Shown here: piece after piece, positions 52,531 to 64,000 of the stretch
Numbering within the stretch: position 1 is the stretch's first letter
Layout of the letters: each line of letters opens with the position of its first letter
From: Eledone cirrhosa
Taxonomy: Eukaryota
Length of the DNA: 64,000 nt
Assembly: GCA_964016885.1 (NCBI GenBank)
Contig: OZ024743.1
Location: 186,496,001 to 186,560,000, forward strand
Direction: 5' to 3'
The notes under the pieces: generated by a model
Databases searched by the model: none
Told to the model about the DNA's origin: nothing
What the model saw: the letters and a program-made list of their open reading frames with translations, nothing else
Translations under genes and position numbers: made by a program

Positions 52531-54943
52531 CTTCAAGTGATATATATATACACACACACACATATCATCATCATAATCATTTATGCGTCCATTTTTCCAC
52601 GGTGTTTCATGTGGTGAAGTGATACTTCTTTAAATAGGAAGTCAAATTTCACCACAACACAGTTAAATGAAGCAAACCACATGCAAATTTTCTACTTAGA
52701 AAATAAAATTTAAACTCTACCAATAAGTATTGAGTGCTCAATCACTTAATGTTTGAATGTTTAAAATGCTATGGTATTTTAAACAGACATTCTAATATAT
52801 ATAATCTTGTCCGATGATCCCGTGAGTGTACCGGTGTAACTCCAGAGTAAAAAGACTCACCACTTAGTTATAATAAAAAATATTTAATCTTTATTTCAGT
52901 ATTGAGTACTCATTCTCACATCTATCAAATACACACACATATATATATATATAGTTTGCAGTGCAAAGACTGGTAAGACCATAAATAAGAGTAGTACTTG
53001 ATGCATGATGAGATATGGAGTGGGTATATTAATGAAGTAAAGATCCTGACCCCTTGTTTGGCAAGTTTGGTATGACTGGATACCCTTCATATCACCAACT
53101 ACTTTACAGAGTGTACTGGGTAAGTTTCTCTTGTAGGTCACCAACTCTAGGGAGGTCAGCAAGCCTTCCATAACTTCCCTTGTATATGGGTAAAATGATG
53201 AAATGTTAGAACTGGATGTACACAAGAATATATGTCTAGCATTATTATGCTTTGTTGGTGGATTGGCAGTATCGGCAGAGGGTTGAACGCCATGCTTTCC
53301 AGCTTAGTTACATCCCTTTACAGTCTGAGTTCAATCCTGCAGAGGTTAACTTTGCCTTTTATCCTTACAGGGTCAATAAAATAAAGTACCAGTAATGCAC
53401 TGGGGTAATTTCTGGCCTTGTGCCAAAAGTAGAAACAATTATTAAGCTTTGTTGTTTTTCATTGAAATCTTAATAGAGTTGATGTTCTATTTCATCTCTT
53501 TGGGATAAATAAAATGTGTATAGACAATTAAAGATGCATATGAGGGCCAACTGAAATTTTCATAGACTGACAATGAAGGAGTGGCGCTAGAACTGGGAAA
53601 TCTTGCATGCATTAATTTCAACTCTTCTTATTAATAAGTGCATTGTTTCTTTCTAGGGACTATGTTGAAAAATAAACCTCATTTGGTCATTCCATGAGAG
53701 TATCTTAGTCAGCCTATGAACTGGATTAGGTTGGAAAAATTCCATTTATCGTAATAAATAAAAAAAAATGTGGAATTTTCAGATATATTTCCTAATGAAA
53801 TAAATGTCTTTCACACTAGGGTATATAGATGTATGATGACGTAGATAGTGTCATGGAAACTAGCCATTGAAGGTTTAATAACAGAAATTATTTCAAGTTA
53901 CAATAACAAATGGATACAGAAACATTTTATTTTTCTTGTAGAGTCTTAGTACACAAATATATATATTTATGAATATACAGACACACAAGTATATGTAATT
54001 GCTATGAAATGGAATGAAAGACTGTATGGTATAACATTTGTAAGGTTTAGAGATGGCTTTAAACTATGCTGTTCATGATAACATGGAGCAATGTAAATTC
54101 GAGTGTTTTACTGAAGAACACAACACAGTCCAGGAATAGAACCCACACCATTATTACTGTAAGTTCAATACCCTTACCACTAGGCTACGTGCCTCCACTG
54201 TTCATGAGTAATGAATATATATTGTTATAGGTGTTGCCATGACAAACTCACTATCTTTAATTCAATGTTTGTGTCTACTCTTACCTATGGTTGTAAATCT
54301 TAGGTAACAACTGAAAGAATATGATCGTGGCTGAAATGAGATTTCTCTGAAGGGTCTTTGACATAATGTTACTTGATAGGGTGTGTAACTCAGAAATCAG
54401 AGAGTTGCTTCAGGAATAGCTATTACAGCTCCAAATCAAGAAATCACAGCTCTATTACAATGGACATAGGATGAAAATGCCTAAGGAAAGAATCTTGGGA
54501 CATATTTTATGGGCAAGAGACAGAGAGGTAGACAACGAGCAAGATGGTTGGATTACATCCATGAACTCTAGATCAATTAGGGACAGTGTCTGAGGAATCT
54601 ACCCCATGAACCTCCAAGGAATAAGAGAGCATGTGATTTGTAAAGAGAATGAGAGTTGTATAAAAATGTGCTGAGCTCTTGATGAGGCTGAAACCTGTGG
54701 AAGAGGGAGACCAAAGAAGATATGGGACGATGTTACATATTTTCTTATTGTTTAAGTAAGATAGATATCCTCCGACAAGACGCCAATAAAGGTCAAAAAT
54801 CAATTAAGGATGTTCATTTTTTTTTCAATCTACAGGGAAATACGTAACCTTGACATGTTTACATATCTATATACTCAATGTGCATATTTATATACACATT
54901 TGTGAAGTCTTGGTTAACTATAATGTATATGTAGAGGCATGTA

Positions 54944-55111
54944 CCATATTTCCCAGCATCAAAGACACTACTTTTTCCCTAAAATAAGTCTCAAAAATCT
55001 ACCATGCATCCTGGAAGCTGAAGGTTGTTTATTACTTTTTTTCAAATTTTTGGTTGTCAAAATTAAGGTGCGTCCTCAAGGACGAAGCGTCTTCAGCGCC
55101 AGGAAATACGG
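54944..55111. mobile_element. Tc1/mariner-pogo-type MITE
   Basis: TA|CCATATTTCCCAGCATCAAAGACAC ... GCGTCTTCAGCGCCAGGAAATACGG|TA: imperfect TIRs with a TA TSD. Confidence 0.75.
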
Positions 55112-58100
55112 TAATTATCATACTGAACAATTAAAACTATATATGTACATATCATCATAGTTTTATTATTTTGTTGAGATTACTCTCTGTTGCTAACCTG
55201 ATTTTCTTGATTGCTCACTGAACATGTAACTATATATATGTATACATATACCTACAAATGCGTGTATTTGTATAAATGGTTACGATTGTGCAACCATGCA
55301 TCAATTAAAGTCCTTAGTGTTAATTATTAACTGACTTTTTTTCCAAGGTATTTATTTGTATTACCCAGAAACTGCATAGTTACTTCCCTTATCAAATATT
55401 AAATTGAGTCTCATTGGTTAAGTTAACCTTTTCATCATTAACATATTTCTAATGACATACATTGTATTTGAATTAATTAATGAAGATTTTGGAGAGCTTT
55501 ACTAACATTATTTCAATGTTATAATAGTATTTGTAACATAACAAAAGGTTCATATATCAAATTATGTTGGAAGATTTTAATTTAAATAGGAAGTCAATTG
55601 ACAAGATCTCAAACCTCATTTTCTTACTGAGCTGGGTGGAATTTGTTAAACCAGACTAAGGAAACAATGTTTTAATTGGTCTTTCCATTGCTGACACTAT
55701 CTACTGGTCGCAACATGAAATAAAGTTTCTTGCTCAAGGACATAATGCATTCCCTGATCCAGGAATTGAACTCACAACCTCACAATTGTGAACCCAATTC
55801 TCTAACCACTAAGCCATGTGCCTTCACATTTAAATAGGAACCCTTTAAATTGTTAAATTGGGCGGGAGGGGGGGGGGTCTTTCATAGAACCAGAGGCGGT
55901 TTTGGGCGGGCTGATATCAAAAGGGTTAATGAGAGTATTGTGTTTCAAACGAATGGGTCAATGGTCCCTATTCTCTAACACCAGTGAGGTGTATGGTCAA
56001 TGGCTATGTCTATGTCATCCTTGTCTAACTGATAACACAGACACAGATTCCCTGTTGTGGACAAAAATAGAACTTTATAATTCATTCTAAATAAGGTACA
56101 AAGGCGTAAATTTGGGGAGACGGGTTGGTTGAAAATACTGACCCAAGTATGACTGGTACTTTATTTTATTGACCCTGGAAGAATGAAGGGTAAAGTTGAT
56201 AACAGTGCGATTTGAATTCAGAATGTAAAGGGTCATAACTGAATGCTGCAAAGCATTTTGTTTGATGCTCTAATGATTCTACCAATCTATTACCCTTAAC
56301 TAGTACTATCTAATAAATGGCTGTTTTGATAGTTTTTAGTGCTGCAAATGAGTTCTATAGACCTAGCAAAGGTATGTGGGTGGAATATAAAACCACTGGA
56401 GTGCATTTTCTCCAAAAGATCCTTCTGAAATTAGAAACATCTTCAGGAGTTCACTCTCATGAAATAGTATTGATAAAAGGTTAAATTGAAGGAAGATAAA
56501 ATATGAAACTTTGATTATTTATTTCTACAGAAGAGTGTGTGAGAGAAAGAAAGAGAAAGAAAGAAGATATGAGAGAGAGGTGGGGGGTGGTGAGGAAAAG
56601 AGACAGAAACAGAAAGAATATCTTAACAATTTTGAAAACTTTTCTGTGAAACAAATCACCTATCAGTATAATTACATACACTGCAACAACAACAACAGCA
56701 GCAAAAAAGGAAATAAATGAAATATAACTTAAAAAAAGAAACAACTCCTGTTCATGAGTTTTAAGTTCAAAGACACAATCTAATTCACACTTCTGCATGT
56801 TTGTGACTAATCAAATAGTCATTTTTTTTTTACAACTGTCTTTTATAATTTTAGCTTAGAAAATGAAGAAGACGTTCCAACTCAATTGAAATGATACCAA
56901 AAACAGCAAGAAAAAACAAAATAATAAAAGCATGCTGAAGTTTCAATTTTCCTGATTTTAATTTGAAAAATCTTATCTTTTCATGATTCTTTTATTTTTA
57001 TATTCCAATTAATTTCCTTCATTACATTTTTCATTGACAAAACTTTTGTCAACTTTTTCAGGTAAAATGTAACATATCAGTGGCATTTCTCACTGAATTA
57101 TTTTAGAAATGAATTTAATAATTTTGAATATAAATGACAGTAAAAATAGAGCTAGTATGAACAGAGTGATAGACAGGATGATGTTTTACTATTCTTCCCT
57201 GTTCTTAGTTCAAATACCAGTAATAAACTAGAGTTGACTCAATTGATATATTGCTTTTAAAAGACAGATAAGTTTTTTAAAAAGCCAGTACAATGTGGTA
57301 GAAATATATAAAGGACAAATGAAACAAAAAGTAATGTTTTACCCAGTGTATTTTAGCATATTTCAGCATATTTGTTCTGAGTAAAAATAAGCTAATGATT
57401 GAGAATCATAACTATAATAAAGAAAAGAGTGTGGGACTGTGTCCAGAATATTTCTTTTTACCCGTTTGTAAAATAAGTTGGATTACTTTGAATAAATAAT
57501 GAATGAATATTACATAATTTATCTACTAAATTTCGTGGCTGTTGATTAAATATATTTTATAGCTTATTTAAAGATTCACTTCTTTAAAATTGTCAAATGT
57601 CAACACTTCTGGTTAGCAGCCGTTATATTATAACACTTATAATTGCATATATTTCCGTCGCTAATTTTCTCCTAATGCAGTTTATATATAATATCATCTT
57701 TTTTTAATGTATCATGGATTACTTTACTGATTACATAAGACAGTGTAACACAGTCTTCGTTCAATTTCTGTGAATATTGTCAATTACGATTTTATTTACA
57801 TTCATATATATTTGCATATAATATCAATAAACACACTACACATGCTAGCAGAAAAGCACCCGAAGGATGGTTTTTCTGCTAGTATATATTAATAAAACAC
57901 AATAAAATTAGCATTAGCATAAAGAGTACACTCAGTAAAGTGGTTGGTAATAGGATGGGCATTCAACCATAGAAAACCTATCAAACAAAGGGCCGGGAAG
58001 ATTCTTCAGTTATGCCAAAGACATGACAACTTCCCTAGTGTTGGTTCCACAATAAAATACACTTGGTAGAGAGTGGGATCGTGTGTAAGGCCCCTGAGCC

Positions 58101-58531
58101 ACCTGGATGTTAGAGATTCTGCTTGAGTACTGACCAGTCAGTGATGACCCTTGCTAGCATGAAAAACATGTTAAATGATGATGATGTTACAGGTACAATA
58201 AAGCAATCACTATTCAGACAAGGAAGTAAAATCTAGGAGCCAGTTTCAATTCCCAGTGAAACCAAATTCACTTTAATTAATTTATTAAAAACTGAGAAAT
58301 ATATGGGTCCTATACATTCCCAGTGAAATACTATACAATCTATTTATCCTCATATATCTCAATAAGAAACTAATACTTTGTCTACTTTGTGACAACATGG
58401 TGAATGAGGTAGAACAGGAGTAAATCCCAATGAAAACAAAATATACAATGCAGTTTCAATTCCTTGTTGCCACCATCTCATTTCATTTATATCAATAATC
58501 TTGAGAAAGACACAAATGTAACACACTAATT

Positions 58532-58726
58532 CAGAATTTCTCAACCTTTTTATCCCTGCAGAACCCTTGAAATAGTTTTCATGTTTTAGGGAACCCCTGC
58601 ATAAAAATTATTATAGGTTATAATCAATATCTAAATGCATTAGCTTATTTATGACTGTTTCTCATGGAACCCATAGTGACCTCTGATAACACTTATAATC
58701 CAGGGAACATCGATTGAGAAACACTG
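58532..58726. mobile_element. hAT (Charlie-like) MITE
   Basis: CAGAATTTCTCAA...TTGAGAAACACTG TIRs. The 8-bp flanks CACTAATT and TTCTAATT resemble a decayed TSD. Confidence 0.7.
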
Positions 58727-60191
58727 TTCTAATTTCTAATTCCTTATAACTCATGTTTTATGAGAAAAACTAAAATCAACAGATTATGATGATTACTACA
58801 AATATTTTTATTTTTGATGATGATGATGATGATGATGTTATCATTAGAACTTTCAGATTTAGGATATAAATAAACCATTAGGCTGATACATCAATTTTGT
58901 TATATGATAAATTGCGTAGTGTCTGTAATTTAAATGCTTATTGTTCATAAGTTAGGAGTGTAGCATACCAAGTTGAATTACTTGAACAAATGGATAGCAC
59001 CTTTTGAAGAATGCTAGAATTACTTAAGATCAGTAAAATTGGACAGTAGAGCTTAAATCAATAGATTATAGTTGAATCTATATCAAAGAGTGACGATTGA
59101 CATTTGATGCAACAGAATAGATTCAGGAAATAAAGGGTATTTGGTGCAACGTTTGATGCAATGTATTAATGGAACAAGATACAAAGAGACCATGTCATTT
59201 TATCTGGAGTTCAAAAATAATGTAATGTTCATTGAAAATGCAAGCAAGAGTTTAATATGAAGCTGATTAAAGAACACATGATAATATATATATCATTAAT
59301 AGGATTTGTGATATCCTCTGGTGACTATGAGGACAGCAATATTTGACATCCCTATGACAGCACTTATTAATAATTAATTCTCTGTTAGTACTATCACTAA
59401 TCAATTGAAGCTAGTCAAACTCACACTGCATGCAAATGAGCATCTCTAGTATATGTTTTATATGCAAAAAGTATATATGCTATAGCCTATTCTTGACTCA
59501 GTACCGTGAGAATAAATATCCTTGATGATGGATAAAATTGATAGTATCTGACATTCTCATATAGCTACTGAGATAGCAGTGATATTATCACAGCTTAAAA
59601 TATTCATAGTGAGACATTATATGTTTATTAAACATAAACATATTATATATCCTTTCATATACACTCACACTACATTAATGTTACCCCTAATTAGTACATG
59701 TTATCATATATTATTGTGGACTAATATAAATAGAAAGATAGACAAGTAGATTAAATGTGTAGGCACTGGCATTGCTGTGTGGTTATGAAGATCACTTTGC
59801 AGTCAAGAGTTTTGGGGTTTAGTCCCTCTTCATATAACCTTAGGCTTTTTTTTTCTACTATGGCTTTTCATTGAGTCAGTGAAATTTGGATGATTAAAAC
59901 TATATGGAAGCCTGTTGCACAAATATGTTTATATGTATATGTGTCTCTGTGTCTGTACTTACATTGCTATTTGTTTGTGTCCCATAAGTTAGAGGTGTTG
60001 CTAAAATAGAGAGATCGATTAAATAAGCACCAGGCTTGACTTAAAAATAAGTACGGGGATGAATAGAATCGACTAAAACCTGTCAATGTGGTTTCCATGC
60101 ATGGACTCATCCCATTTATTGAAACCAGTAATAGAAAGGAAAAGTAAAATATGTAGATGAATAGAGATAGATAAAGGAAATGAATAAATGT

Positions 60192-61447
<1,256 letters not shown>

Positions 61448-61449
61448 AT

Positions 61450-62270
61450 ATGTTGGCAGCTGCGTGAAAATAACCAACAATTTAACCTAAACTGGGATAT
61501 AATAGTGTCTGCCCCTCCATATTTCCACGGACAGGAATTTTGTAAATTATGTAATATGGAATTATTTTGTATTATGAAATCCAAAAACATTTTATTAAAT
61601 AACAGAATAGAGCGATCGTTATACTGTAGCCATCGCTTAAAATCTACATTTTCATATTACAAATACTACCAGGATTGAACGCCTGTCTCCATCTCCGTTT
61701 GATTGTCAAAATACATATTAACATTCTCTATTAGTCTTAATTCTATCAACTCTTCTATTATTTACCATTTAATATAAACTGCTATAGATAAAATGAGATT
61801 TCTTAATTCAATTCCCCAATGCATATACCAGCTGGCTACTAGCATTGATGTTATTCAGTAGAAGTCGAAATCTCCCCCTTCCCCAATTGACACTTTATAA
61901 TTAATACTACTACACCAAATGACCAGCCCTGTCCATTGTTCAAGTGGTCAAGTATAGATTAAAATAGGCACTCCCAAAAATTCTTATTTAGATAAAATAA
62001 ACCATTTACTCATTGTATTCTCATTAGAAACCCTTTATATACTTGTTTAGCAGTAAATTGAATTACCATCTGTCATATACTATCTCCTCTTTTCTTCCTC
62101 TATTACCACTAATATAAATACTTCAATTTTTCTGATTTTATCCAATTTATCCAAAATCTCTGAAGAAGTGACAACTGATTATACATTTGCTATCGAATAC
62201 TTGCTAACATTATATGATTACATAGGTATTCCGTCTGTTACAGAAACATATGTCAATACCTAATAAATTC
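61450..62270 (+). mobile_element. PLE 3' fragment: endonuclease C-terminus plus pLTR with a hammerhead-like motif
   Basis: WQLR.....NLNWDII..APPY.....CKLC..E...I......LLN.R.E....C.HR matches PLE GIY-YIG C-termini. CTGAAGA at 62160 and GAAACATATGTC at 62243-62254. Confidence 0.75.
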
Positions 62271-62314
62271 CTTTTTTTTAAAAAAAGCACTTTCATTTTA
62301 TATTCATCTTTTCT

Positions 62315-63442
<1,128 letters not shown>

Positions 63443-64000
63443 ATGTCAGGTCACCAGTTGGTGCTACTGGTAACATGTATCCCAGTACAACCTGTCTCAT
63501 GGTCGGGTCGTTGGCGACTAAACTGGCAACCCCACCAAGGTTTCTTTGTGAGGAGGGTGACTTTGGACATCCTGCAGGACTAAAAACAAAACCTGTTAAA
63601 GGGCAAAGGAGCTCTTAAGCGTCAATGGCCATCCAAAATAACCGGGAGAGATGACTCCTTAGCCTTTGTCAAGGCAGAATTCTAGGAGAAGGAAAACTCT
63701 GATATAACACCTGCAACCCTGATGGTATCCAATGATGTTGACTTGTTCTTCTTTTTGGTAAATATCATCTTGGTTAAGAGAGTGGGACTGGCTTTGTGCA
63801 GTGCCTCTGCTCACTATAAAAGCTTCACGGCACAGGCATTGCTTTATATCTGGAGATCTCTCTGCACTTGTCGTCACATGGTACCATGGGCCCAGCACTA
63901 TGTGTCTGTAATTGTCACAAGTGTAGTGTTTGTACCATAGTTTTCAAGTCGCTGGGTGGACTAAAAAGTCACATTCGTTCAGCGCATCGGTAGGGGTTCT
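63443..64000 (-). mobile_element. Second copy of the 36449-37063 element (runs off the window)
   Basis: Near-identical reverse complement of about 36500-37063. Confidence 0.88.

Noticed and set aside
53530-53610. Possible upstream exon (VYENFSWP resembling IF.KYNWP)
   Set aside because: Lacks the AIML.TDG motif and a suitable donor.

Overview
AT-rich, microsatellite-dense eukaryotic (metazoan) genomic DNA. The SINE/RTE repertoire suggests an octopus/coleoid mollusc, which is an inference. The window lies inside one large minus-strand gene encoding a voltage-gated Ca2+ channel alpha2delta subunit (CACNA2D3/4-, straightjacket-like). Eight small exons (49308 to 23378) with canonical AG/GT sites splice in frame and cover the end of the VWA domain and the following Cache region. 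The rest appears intronic. It holds a 69-bp and a 48-bp minisatellite, non-LTR retrotransposons of several clades (RTE, Tx1/L1, R4-like, CRE-like), Penelope-like element (PLE) fragments, tRNA-headed SINEs, a non-autonomous Helitron and MITEs. Main observations: (1) several type-I hammerhead ribozyme motifs, some in fold-back palindromes and some on the host gene's sense strand; (2) Tx1-like elements apparently targeted to (TATC)n and (TAA)n microsatellites; (3) loss of the conserved WMAC cysteine in the alpha2delta VWA domain; (4) a chimeric SINE sharing tails with two RTE families. All calls were made by eye, with no database search.
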